Shown: piece by piece, positions 1 to 12,500 of the stretch
Position numbering within the stretch: the first letter of the stretch is position 1
Layout of the letters: every line of letters begins with the position of its first letter
Assembly (NCBI GenBank): GCA_964247055.1
Contig: OZ176052.1
Coordinates: 13,640,001 to 13,704,000, forward strand
Length of the DNA: 64,000 nt
Source of the DNA: Paragordius varius
Lineage: Eukaryota > Animalia > Nematomorpha
Reading direction: 5' to 3'
The notes under the pieces: generated by a model
What the model was told of the DNA's origin: nothing
The model's database searches: none
Seen by the model: only the letters and a program-made list of their open reading frames with translations
Made by a program: the position numbers and the translations under genes

Positions 1-173
1 ATAAATTTTTTAAATATTTAAAAAATTCATAAAAATTACATTTATACTCCGATCTCGAAAATATTTGGGGTGATGATGGAACTATCATAGGGCTACCCAA
101 AAAAAATTATAGTGACATCACCTGATCAAATTTGGATTTTAGGTAGCCATTTATATTTTTAAAATCGTATAAA
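1..173 (+). repeat. Representative monomer (arbitrary phase): ~71-bp segment at ~94% AT (149-173 plus 1-46) alternating with a ~102-bp segment at ~40% GC (47-148)
   Basis: Direct base count on the consensus. The monomer carries two GATC sites, one within TGATCA (BclI), and three consensus CpGs (monomer positions 50, 56, 166). Confidence 0.95.
4..27. repeat. Perfect 24-bp palindrome AATTTTTTAAATATTTAAAAAATT, present in most monomers (6-T allele)
   Basis: The sequence equals its own reverse complement, with the centre between bases 15 and 16. Confidence 0.97.
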
Positions 174-571
174 ATAAATTTTTTAAATATTTAAAAAATT
201 CATAAAAATTACATTTATACTCCGATCTCGAAAATATTTGGGGTGATGATGGAACTACCATAGGGCGACCCAAAAAAAATTATGGTGACATCACCTGATC
301 AAATTTGGATTTTAGGTGGCCATTTTTATTTTTAAAATCGTATAAAATAAATTTTTAAATATTTAAAAAATTCATAAAAATTACATTTATACTCCGATCT
401 CGAAAATATTTGGGGTGATGATGGAACTATCATAGGGCTACCCAAAAAAAATTATAGTGACATCACCTGATCAAATTTGGATTTTAGGCAGCCATTTTTA
501 TTTTTAAAATCGTATAAAATAAATTTTTTAAATATTTAAAAAATTCATAAAAATTACATTTATAGTCCGAT

Positions 572-588
572 CCCCAAAATATTTGGGG
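572..588. repeat. Hairpin CCCCAAA-ATA-TTTGGGG (7-bp stem, 3-nt loop), present only in monomers with the GATCCCC allele
   Basis: The reverse complement of CCCCAAA is TTTGGGG. It is absent from GATCTCG and GATCTCA monomers. Confidence 0.9.
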
Positions 589-1298
589 TGATGATGGAAC
601 AACCATAGGGCTACGCAAAAAAAATAATGGCGACATCACCTGATAAAATTTAGATTTTAGGTAGCCATTTTTATTTTTAAAATCGTATAAAATAAATTTT
701 TTAAATATTTAAAAAATTCAAAAAAATTACATTTATACTCCGATCTCGAAAATATTTGGGGTGATGATGGAACTACCATAGGGCGACCCAAAAAAAATTA
801 TGGTGACATCACCTGATCAAATTTGGATTTTATGTGGCCATTTTTATTTTTAAAATCGTATAAAATAAATTTTTAAATATTTAAAAAATTCATAAAAATT
901 ACATTTATAGTCCGATCACCAAAATATTTGGGGTGATGATGGAACAACCATAGGGCTACGCAAAAAAAATTATGGCGACATCACCTGATAAAATTTGGAT
1001 TTTAGGTAGCCATTTTTATTTTTAAAATCGTATAAAATAAATTTTTTAAATATTTAAAAAATTCAAAAAAATTACATTTATACTCCGATCTCGAAAATAT
1101 TTGGGGTGATGATGGAACTACCATAGGGCTACGCAAAAAATTTATGGTGACATCACCTGATCAAATTTGGATTTTAGGTAGCCATTTTTATTTTTAAAAT
1201 CGTATGAAATAAATTTTTTAAATATTTAAAAAATTCATAAAAATTACATTTATAGTCCGATCTCGAAAATATTTGGGGTGATGATGGAACTACCATAG

Positions 1299-1356
1299 GG
1301 CTACCCAAAAAAAATTATGGTGACATCACCTGATCAAATTTGGATTTTAGGTAGCC
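1299..1356. repeat. 58-bp imperfect foldback in each monomer: GGCTACCCAAAA...TTTTAGGTAGCC (11/12 complementary) enclosing GGTGA-CA-TCACC
   Basis: The reverse complement of TTTTAGGTAGCC is GGCTACCTAAAA versus the observed GGCTACCCAAAA. The inner GGTGA/TCACC pair is perfect in the ATGGTGAC allele. Confidence 0.85.
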
Positions 1357-1465
1357 ATTTTTATTTTTAAAATCGTATAAAATAAATTTTTAAATATTTA
1401 AAAAATTCATAAAAATTACATTTATACTCCGATCTCGAAAATATTTGGGGTGATGATGGAACTAC

Positions 1466-4400
1466 CATAGGGCTACCCAAAAAAAATTATAGTGACATCA
1501 CCTGATCAAATTTGGATTTTAGGCAGCCATTTTTATTTTTAAAATCGTATAAAATAAATTTTTTAAATATTTAAAAAATTCATAAAAATTACATTTATAG
1601 TCCGATCCCCAAAATATTTGGGGTGATGATGGAACAACCATAGGGCTACGCAAAAAAAATTATAGTGACATCACCTGATCAAATTTGGATTTTAGGTAGC
1701 CATTTTTATTTTTAAAATCGTATAAAATAAATTTTTAAATATTTAAAAATTCATAAAAATTACATTTATACTCCGATCTCGAAAATATTTGGGGTGATGA
1801 TGGAACTACCATAGGGCTACCCAAAAAAAATTATAGTGACATCACCTGATCAAATTTGGATTTTAGGTAGCCATTTATATTTTTAAAATCGTATAAAATA
1901 AATTTTTTAAATATTTAAAAAATTCATAAAAATTACATTTATACTCCGATCTCGACAATATTTGGGGTGATGATGGAACTACCATAGGGCTACCCAAAAA
2001 AAATTATAGTGACATCACCTGATCAAATTTGGATTTTAGGTAGCCATTTTTATTTTTAAAATCGTATAAAATAAATTTTTTAAATATTTAAAAAATTCAT
2101 AAAAATTACATTTATAGTCCGATCCCCAAAATATTTGGGGGTGATGATGGAACAACCATAGGGCTACGCAAAAAAAATTATGGCGACATCACCTGATCAA
2201 ATTTGGATTTTAGGTAGCCATTTTTATTTTTAAAATCGTATAAAATAAATTTTTTAAATATTTAAAAAATTCAAAAAAATTACATTTATACTCCGATCTC
2301 GAAAATATTTGGGGTGATGATGGAACTACCATAGGGCGACCCAAAAAAAATTATGGTGACATCACCTGATCAAATTTGGATTTTAGGTGGCCATTTTTAT
2401 TTTTAAAATCGTATAAAATAAATTTTTAAATATTTAAAAAATTCATAAAAATTACATTTATACTCCGATCTCGAAAATATTTGGGGTGATGATGGAACTA
2501 TCATAGGGCTACCCAAAAAAAATTATAGTGACATCACCTGATCAAATTTGGATTTTAGGCAGCCATTTTTATTTTTAAAATCGTATAAAATAAATTTTTT
2601 AAATATTTAAAAAATTCATAAAAATTACATTTATAGTCCGATCCCCAAAATATTTGGGGTGATGATGGAACAACCATAGGGCTACGCAAAAAAAATTATG
2701 GCGACATCACCTGATAAAATTTAGATTTTAGGTAGCCATTTTTATTTTTAAAATCGTATAAAATAAATTTTTTAAATATTTAAAAAATTCAAAAAAATTA
2801 CATTTATACTCCGATCTCGAAAATATTTGGGGTGATGATGGAACTACCATAGGGCTACCCAAAAAAAATTATGGTGACATCACCTGATCAAATTTGGACT
2901 TTAGGTAGCCATTTTTATTTTTAAAATCGTATAAAATAAATTTTTTAAATTTTTAAAAAATTCATAAAAATTACATTTATACTCCGATCTCGAAAATATT
3001 TGGGGTGATGATGGAACTACCATAGGGCTACGCAAAAAAAATTATGGTGACATCACCTGATCAAATTTGGATTTTAGGTAGCCATTTTTATTTTTAAAAT
3101 CGTATAAAATAAATTTTTTAAATATTTAAAAAATTCATAAAAATTACATTTATAGTCCGATCCCCAAAATATTTGAGGTGATGATGGAACAACCATAGGG
3201 CTACGCAAAAAAAATTATGGCGACATCACCTGATCAAATTTGGATTTTAGGTAGCCATTTTTATTTTTAAAATCGTATAAAATAAATTTTTTAAATATTT
3301 AAAAAATTCAAAAAAATTACATTTATACTCCGATCTCGAAAATATTTGGGGTGATGATGGAACTACCATAGGGCTACCCAAAAAAAATTATGGCGACATC
3401 ACCTGATCTAATTTGGATTTTAGGTAGCCATTTTTATTTTTAAAATCGTATAAAATAAATTTTTAAATATTTAAAAAATTCATAAAAATTACATTTATAC
3501 TCCGATCTCGAAAATATTTGGGGTGATGATGGAACTACCATAGGGCTACCCAAAAAAAATTATAGTGACATCACCTGACCAAATTTGGATTTTAGGCAGC
3601 CATTTTTATTTTTAAAATCGTATAAAATAAATTTTTTAAATATTTAAAAAATTCATAAAAATTACATTTATAGTCCGATCACCAAAATATTTGGGGTGAT
3701 GATGGAACAACCATAGGGCTACGCAAAAAAAATTATGGCGACATCACCTGATAAAATTTGGATTTTAGGTAGCCATTTTTATTTTTAAAATCGTATAAAA
3801 TAAATTTTTTAAATATTTAAAAAATTCAAAAAAATTACATTTATACTCCGATCTCGAAAATATTTGGGGTGCTGATGGAACTACCATAGGGCTACGCAAA
3901 AAATTTATGGTGACATCACCTGATCAAATTTGGATTTTAGGTAGCCATTTTTATTTTTAAAATCGTATGAAATAAATTTTTTAAATATTTAAAAAATTCA
4001 TAAAAATTACATTTAGAGTCCGATCTCGAAAATATTTGGGGTGATGATGGAACTACCATAGGGCTACCCAAAAAAAATTATGGTGACATCACCTGATTAA
4101 ATTTGGATTTTAGGTAGCCATTTTTATTTTTAAAATCGTATAAAATAAATTTTTTAAATATTTAAAAAATTCATAAAAATTACATTTATAGTCCGATCTC
4201 GACAATATTTGGGGTGATGATGGAATTACCATAGGGCTACCCAAAAAAAATTATGGTGACATCACCTGATCAAATTTGGATTTTAGGTAGCCATTTTTAT
4301 TTTTAAAATCGTATAAAATAAATTTTTTAAATATTTAAAAAATTCATAAAAATTACATTTATACTCCGATCTCGAAAATATTTGGGGTGATGATGGAACT

Positions 4401-5635
4401 ACCATAGGGCTACCCAAAAAAAATTATAGTGACATCACCTGATCAAATTTGGATTTTAGGTAACCATTTTTATTTTTAATATCGTATAAAATAAATTTTT
4501 TAAATATTTAAAAAATTCATAAAAATTACATTTATAGTCCGATCCCCAAAATATTTGGGGTGATGATGGAACTACCATAGGGCTACCCAAAAAAAATTAT
4601 AGTGACATCACCTGATCAAATTTGGATTTTAGGTAGCCATTTTTATTTTTAAAATCGTATAAAATAAATTTTTTAAATATTTAAAAAATTCAAAAAAATT
4701 ACATTTATACTCCGATCTCGAAAATATTTGGGGTGATGATGGAACTACCATAGGGCTACCCAAAAAAAATTATGGTGACATCACCTGATCAAATTTGGAC
4801 TTTAGGTAGCCATTTTTATTTTTAAAATCGTATAAAATAAATTTTTAAATATTTAAAAAATTCATAAAAATTACATTTATACTCCGATCTCGAAAATATT
4901 TGGGGTGATGATGGAACTACCATAAGGCTACCCAAAAAAAATTATGGTGACATCACCTGATCAAATTTGGATTTTAGGTAACCATTTTTATTTTTAAAAT
5001 CGTATAAAATAAATTTTTTAAATATTTAAAAAATTCATAAAAATTACATTTATACTCCGATCTCGAAAATATTTGGGGTGATGATGGAACTACCATAGGG
5101 CTACCCAAAAAAAATTATGGTGACATCACCTGATCAAATTTGGACTTTAGGTAGCCATTTTTATTTTTAAAATCGTATAAAATAAATTTTTAAATATTTA
5201 AAAAATTCATAAAAATTACATTTATACTCCGATCTCGAAAATATTTGGGGTGATGATGGAACTACCATAAGGCTACCCAAAAAAAATTATGGTGACATCA
5301 CCTGATCAAATTTGGATTTTAGGTAACCATTTTTATTTTTAAAATCGTATAAAATAAATTTTTTAAATATTTAAAAAATTCATAAAAATTACATTTATAC
5401 TCCGATCTCGACAATATTTGGGGTGATGATGGAACTACCATAGGGCTACCCAAAAAAAATTATGGTGACATCACCTGATCAAATTTGGACTTTAGGTAGC
5501 CATTTTTATTTTTAAAATAGTATAAAATAAATTTTTAAATATTTAAAAAATTCATAAAAATTACATTTATACTCCGATCTCGAAAATATTTGGGGTGATG
5601 ATGGAACTACCATAGGGCTACCCAAAAAAAATTAT
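1466..5635 (+). repeat. Block duplication, copy 1 (paralogue at 9579-14785)
   Basis: Shared rare markers: 5-A TTTAAAAATTCAT (1741/9854), 5-G run (2137/10250), GTGCTGATGG (3871/13366), ATTTAGAGTCC (4011/13506), AAAATAGTAT (~5515/~14665). Confidence 0.9.
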
Positions 5636-5789
5636 AGTGACATCACCTGATCAAATTTGGATTTTAGGTAGCCATTTATATTTTTAAAATCGTATAAAAT
5701 AAATTTTTTAAATATTTAAAAAATTCATAAAAATTACATTTATACTCCGATCTCGACAATATTTGGGGTGATGATGGAACTACCATAGG

Positions 5790-8710
5790 GCTACCCAAAA
5801 AAAATTATAGTGACATCACCTGATCAAATTTGGATTTTATGTAGCCATTTTTATTTTTAAAATCGTATAAAATAAATTTTTTAAATTTTTAAAAAATTCA
5901 TAAAAATTACATTTATACTCCGATCTCGAAAATATTTGGGGTGATGATGGAACTACCATAGGGCTACGCAAAAAAAATTATGGTGACATCACCTGATCAA
6001 ATTTGGATTTTAGGTAGCCATTTTTATTTTTAAAGTCGTATAAAATAAATTTTTTAAATATTTAAAAAATTCATAAAAATTATATTTATAGTCCGATCCC
6101 CAAAATATTTGGGGTGATGATGGAACAACCATAGGGCTACGCAAAAATAATTATGGCGACATCACCTGATCAAATTTGGATTTTAGGTAGCCATTTTTAT
6201 TTTTAAAATCGTATAAAATAAATTTTTTAAATATTTAAAAAATTCAAAAAAATTACATTTATACTCCGATCTCGAAAATATTTGGGGTGATGATGGAACT
6301 ACCATAGGGCTACCCAAAAAAAATTATGGCGACATCACCTGATCAAATTTGGATTTTATGTAGCCATTTTTATTTTTAAAATCGTATAAAATAAATTTTT
6401 AAATATTTAAAAAATTCATAAAAATTACATTTATACTCCGATCTCGAAAATATTTGGGGTGATGATGGAACTACCATAAGGCTACCCAAAAAAAATTATG
6501 GTGACATCACCTGATCAAATTTGGATTTTAGGTAACCATTTTTATATTTAATATCGTATAAAATAAATTTTTTAAATATTTAAAAAATTCATAAAAATTA
6601 CATTTATACTCCGATCTCGAAAATATTTGGGGTGATGATGGAACTACCATAGGGCTACGCAAAAAATTTATGGTGACATCACCTGATCAAATTTGGATTT
6701 TAGGTAGCCATTTTTATTTTTAAAATCGTATGAAATAAATTTTTTAAATATTTAAAAAATTCATAAAAATTACATTTATAGTCCGATCTCGAAAATATTT
6801 GGGGTGATGATGGAACTACCATAGGGCTACCCAAAAAAAATTATGGTGACATCACCTGATCAAATTTGGATTTTAGGTAGCCATTTTTATTTTTAAAATC
6901 GTATAAAATAAATTTTTAAATATTTAAAAAATTCATAAAAATTACATTTATACTCCGATCTCGAAAATATTTGGGGTGATGATGGAACTACCATAGGGCT
7001 ACCCAAAAAAAATTATAGTGACATCACCTGATCAAATTTGGATTTTAGGCAGCCATTTTTATTTTTAAAATCGTATAAAATAAATTTTTTAAATATTTAA
7101 AAAATTCATAAAAATTACATTTATAGTCCGATCCCCAAAATATTTGGGGTGATGATGGAACAACCATAGGGCTACGCAAAAAAAATTATAGTGACATCAC
7201 CTGATCAAATTTGGATTTTAGGTAGCCATTTTTATTTTTAAAATCGTATAAAATAAATTTTTAAATATTTAAAAAATTCATAAAAATTACATTTATACTC
7301 CGATCTCGAAAATATTTGGAGTGATGATGGAACTATCATAGGGCTACCCAAAAAAAATTATAGTGACATCACCTGATCAAATTTGGATTTTAGGTAGCCA
7401 TTTTTATTTTTAAAATCGTATAAAATAAATTTTTAAATATTTAAAAAATTCATAAAAATTACATTTATACTCCGATCTCGAAAATATTTGGGGTGATGAT
7501 GGAACTACCATAGGGCTACCCAAAAAAAATTATAGTGACATCACCTGATCAAATTTGGATTTTAGGCAGCCATTTTTATTTTTAAAATCGTATAAAATAA
7601 ATTTTTTAAATATTTAAAAAATTCATAAAAATTACATTTATAGTCCGATCCCCAAAATATTTGGGGTGATGATGGAACAACCATAGGGCTACGCAAAAAA
7701 AATTATAGTGACATCACCTGATCAAATTTGGATTTTAGGTAGCCATTATTATTTTTAAAATCGTATAAAATAAATTTTTAAATATTTAAAAAATTCATAA
7801 AAATTACATTTATACTCCGATCTCGAAAATATTTGGGGTGATGATGGAACTACCATAGGGCTACCCAAAAAAAATTATGGTGACATCACCTGATCAAATT
7901 TGGATTTTAGGTAGCCATTTTTATTTTTAAAATCGTATAAAATAAATTTTTAAATATTTAAAAAATTCATAAAAATTACATTTATACTCCGATCTCGAAA
8001 ATATTTGGGGTGATGATGGAACTACCATAGGGCTACCCAAAAAAAATTATAGTGACATCACCTGATCAAATTTGGATTTTATGTAGCCATTTTTATTTTT
8101 AAAATCGTATAAAATAAATTTTTTAAATTTTTAAAAAATTCATAAAAATTACATTTATACTCCGATCTCGAAAATATTTGGGGTGATGATGGAACTACCA
8201 TAGGGCTACGCAAAAAAAATTATGGTGACATCACCTGATCAAATTTGGATTTTAGGTAGCCATTTTTATTTTTAAAGTCGTATAAAATAAATTTTTTAAA
8301 TATTTAAAAAATTCATAAAAATTATATTTATAGTCCGATCCCCAAAATATTTGGGGTGATGATGGAACAACCATAGGGCTACGCAAAAATAATTATGGCG
8401 ACATCACCTGATCAAATTTGGATTTTAGGTAGCCATTTTTATTTTTAAAATCGTATAAAATAAATTTTTTAAATATTTAAAAAATTCAAAAAAATTACAT
8501 TTATACTCCGATCTCGAAAATATTTGGGGTGATGATGGAACTACCATAGGGCTACCCAAAAAAAATTATGGCGACATCACCTGATCAAATTTGGATTTTA
8601 TGTAGCCATTTTTATTTTTAAAATCGTATAAAATAAATTTTTAAATATTTAAAAAATTCATAAAAATTACATTTATACTCCGATCTCGAAAATATTTGGG
8701 GTGATGATGG
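5790..8710 (+). repeat. ~4-monomer block (~5790-6470) repeated at ~8030-8710 (offset 2242 bp, 13 monomers)
   Basis: Shared markers TAAAGTCG (6031/8273), TTTTATGTAGCC, AATTATATTT and ACGCAAAAATAATT. Confidence 0.85.
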
Positions 8711-9578
8711 AACTACCATAGGGCTACCCAAAAAAAATTATAGTGACATCACCTGATCAAATTTGGATTTTAGGCAGCCATTTTTATTTTTAAAATCGTA
8801 TAAAATAAATTTTTTAAATATTTAAAAAATTCATAAAAATTACATTTATAGTCCGATCCCCAAAATATTTGGGGTGATGATGGAACAACCATAGGGCTAC
8901 GCAAAAAAAATTATAGTGACATCACCTGATCAAATTTGGATTTTAGGTAGCCATTTTTATTTTTAAAATCGTATAAAATAAATTTTTAAATATTTAAAAA
9001 ATTCATAAAAATTACATTTATACTCCGATCTCGAAAATATTTGGGGTGATGATGGAACTATCATAGGGCTACCCAAAAAAAATTATAGTGACATCACCTG
9101 ATCAAATTTGGATTTTAGGTAGCCATTTTTATTTTTAAAATCGTATAAAATAAATTTTTAAATATTTAAAAAATTCATAAAAATTACATTTATACTCCGA
9201 TCTCGAAAATATTTGGGGTGATGATGGAACTACCATAGGGCTACCCAAAAAAAATTATAGTGACATCACCTGATCAAATTTGGATTTTAGGCAGCCATTT
9301 TTATTTTTAAAATCGTATAAAATAAATTTTTTAAATATTTAAAAAATTCATAAAAATTACATTTATAGTCCGATCCCCAAAATATTTGGGGTGATGATGG
9401 AACAACCATAGGGCTACGCAAAAAAAATTATAGTGACATCACCTGATCAAATTTGGATTTTAGGTAGCCATTTTTATTTTTAAAATCGTATAAAATAAAT
9501 TTTTAAATATTTAAAAAATTCATAAAAATTACATTTATACTCCGATCTCGAAAATATTTGGGGTGATGATGGAACTAT

Positions 9579-12500
9579 CATAGGGCTACCCAAAAAAAAT
9601 TATAGTGACATCACCTGATCAAATTTGGATTTTAGGCAGCCATTTTTATTTTTAAAATCGTATAAAATAAATTTTTTAAATATTTAAAAAATTCATAAAA
9701 ATTACATTTATAGTCCGATCCCCAAAATATTTGGGGTGATGATGGAACAACCATAGGGCTACGCAAAAAAAATTATAGTGACATCACCTGATCAAATTTG
9801 GATTTTAGGTAGCCATTTTTATTTTTAAAATCGTATAAAATAAATTTTTAAATATTTAAAAATTCATAAAAATTACATTTATACTCCGATCTCGAAAATA
9901 TTTGGGGTGATGATGGAACTACCATAGGGCTACCCAAAAAAAATTATAGTGACATCACCTGATCAAATTTGGATTTTAGGTAGCCATTTATATTTTTAAA
10001 ATCGTATAAAATAAATTTTTTAAATATTTAAAAAATTCATAAAAATTACATTTATACTCCGATCTCGACAATATTTGGGGTGATGATGGAACTACCATAG
10101 GGCTACCCAAAAAAAATTATAGTGACATCACCTGATCAAATTTGGATTTTAGGTAGCCATTTTTATTTTTAAAATCGTATAAAATAAATTTTTTAAATAT
10201 TTAAAAAATTCATAAAAATTACATTTATAGTCCGATCCCCAAAATATTTGGGGGTGATGATGGAACAACCATAGGGCTACGCAAAAAAAATTATGGCGAC
10301 ATCACCTGATCAAATTTGGATTTTAGGTAGCCATTTTTATTTTTAAAATCGTATAAAATAAATTTTTTAAATATTTAAAAAATTCAAAAAAATTACATTT
10401 ATACTCCGATCTCGAAAATATTTGGGGTGATGATGGAACTACCATAGGGCGACCCAAAAAAAATTATGGTGACATCACCTGATCAAATTTGGATTTTAGG
10501 TGGCCATTTTTATTTTTAAAATCGTATAAAATAAATTTTTAAATATTTAAAAAATTCATAAAAATTACATTTATACTCCGATCTCGAAAATATTTGGGGT
10601 GATGATGGAACTATCATAGGGCTACCCAAAAAAAATTATAGTGACATCACCTGATCAAATTTGGATTTTAGGCAGCCATTTTTATTTTTAAAATCGTATA
10701 AAATAAATTTTTTAAATATTTAAAAAATTCATAAAAATTACATTTATAGTCCGATCCCCAAAATATTTGGGGTGATGATGGAACAACCATAGGGCTACGC
10801 AAAAAAAATTATGGCGACATCACCTGATAAAATTTAGATTTTAGGTAGCCATTTTTATTTTTAAAATCGTATAAAATAAATTTTTTAAATATTTAAAAAA
10901 TTCAAAAAAATTACATTTATACTCCGATCTCGAAAATATTTGGGGTGATGATGGAACTACCATAGGGCTACCCAAAAAAAATTATGGTGACATCACCTGA
11001 TCAAATTTGGACTTTAGGTAGCCATTTTTATTTTTAAAATCGTATAAAATAAATTTTTTAAATTTTTAAAAAATTCATAAAAATTACATTTATACTCCGA
11101 TCTCGAAAATATTTAGGGTGATGATGGAACTACCATAGGGCTACGCAAAAAAAATTATGGTGACATCACCTGATCAAATTTGGATTTTAGGTAGCCATTT
11201 TTATTTTTAAAATCGTATAAAATAAATTTTTTAAATATTTAAAAAATTCATAAAAATTACATTTATAGTCCGATCCCCAAAATATTTGAGGTGATGATGG
11301 AACAACCATAGGGCTACGCAAAAAAAATTATGGCGACATCACCTGATCAAATTTGGATTTTAGGTAGCCATTTTTATTTTTAAAATCGTATAAAATAAAT
11401 TTTTTAAATATTTAAAAAATTCAAAAAAATTACATTTATACTCCGATCTCGAAAATATTTGGGGTGATGATGGAACTACCATAGGGCTACCCAAAAAAAA
11501 TTATGGCGACATCACCTGATCTAATTTGGATTTTAGGTAGCCATTTTTATTTTTAAAATCGTATAAAATAAATTTTTAAATATTTAAAAAATTCATAAAA
11601 ATTACATTTATACTCCGATCTCGAAAATATTTGGGGTGATGATGGAACTACCATAGGGCTACCCAAAAAAAATTATAGTGACATCACCTGATCAAATTTG
11701 GATTTTAGGCAGCCATTTTTATTTTTAAAATCGTATAAAATAAATTTTTTAAATATTTAAAAAATTCATAAAAATTACATTTATAGTCCGATCACCAAAA
11801 TATTTGGGGTGATGATGGAACAACCATAGGGCTACGCAAAAAAAATTATGGCGACATCACCTGATCAAATTTGGATTTTAGGTAGCCATTTTTATTTTTA
11901 AAATCGTATAAAATAAATTTTTTAAATATTTAAAAAATTCAAAAAAATTACATTTATACTCCGATCTCGAAAATATTTGGGGTGATGATGGAACTACCAT
12001 AGGGCGACCCAAAAAAAATTATGGTGACATCACCTGATCAAATTTGGATTTTAGGTGGCCATTTTTATTTTTAAAATCGTATAAAATAAATTTTTAAATA
12101 TTTAAAAAATTCATAAAAATTACATTTATACTCCGATCTCGAAAATATTTGGGGTGATGATGGAACTATCATAGGGCTACCCAAAAAAAATTATAGTGAC
12201 ATCACCTGATCAAATTTGGATTTTAGGCAGCCATTTTTATTTTTAAAATCGTATAAAATAAATTTTTTAAATATTTAAAAAATTCATAAAAATTACATTT
12301 ATAGTCCGATCCCCAAAATATTTGGGGTGATGATGGAACAACCATAGGGCTACGCAAAAAAAATTATGGCGACATCACCTGATAAAATTTAGATTTTAGG
12401 TAGCCATTTTTATTTTTAAAATCGTATAAAATAAATTTTTTAAATATTTAAAAAATTCAAAAAAATTACATTTATACTCCGATCTCGAAAATATTTGGGG

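Noticed and set aside
66-93. G-quadruplex potential from GGGG/GG/GGG runs
   Set aside because: There are only two runs of three or more G per monomer, with long AT spacers, which does not meet the canonical G4 pattern.
139-143. TTAGG (arthropod telomere motif) once per monomer; TTTAGGG at 11113 and 12668
   Set aside because: These are single isolated motifs, never tandem, so they are not telomeric or interstitial telomeric tracts.
152-178. 8-bp inverted repeat TTTATTTT / AAAATAAA flanking the ATCG site
   Set aside because: Such short A/T complementarity is expected by chance in a 94% AT segment.
345-365. 5-T versus 6-T and A7 versus A8 run-length differences as sequencing errors
   Set aside because: Run-length alleles are reproduced at matching positions in duplicated blocks (e.g. 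1741/9854) and are regionally distributed, so most are probably real. Isolated singletons could still be errors.
484-606. 40-codon minus-strand ORF recurring in many monomers (consensus MVVPSSPQIFSRSEYKCNFYEFFKYLKNLFYTILKIKMAT)
   Set aside because: It is short and low-complexity (F/K/Y/I from AT tracts). It is frameshifted by the common 5-T allele and truncated by other variants, and shows no sign of codon-level constraint. It is expected by chance.
1317-1370. Plus-strand mini-ORF MVTSPDQIWILGSHFYF (17 aa), and MMELP upstream
   Set aside because: Too short. The start is lost in ATAGTG monomers and there is no supporting signal.
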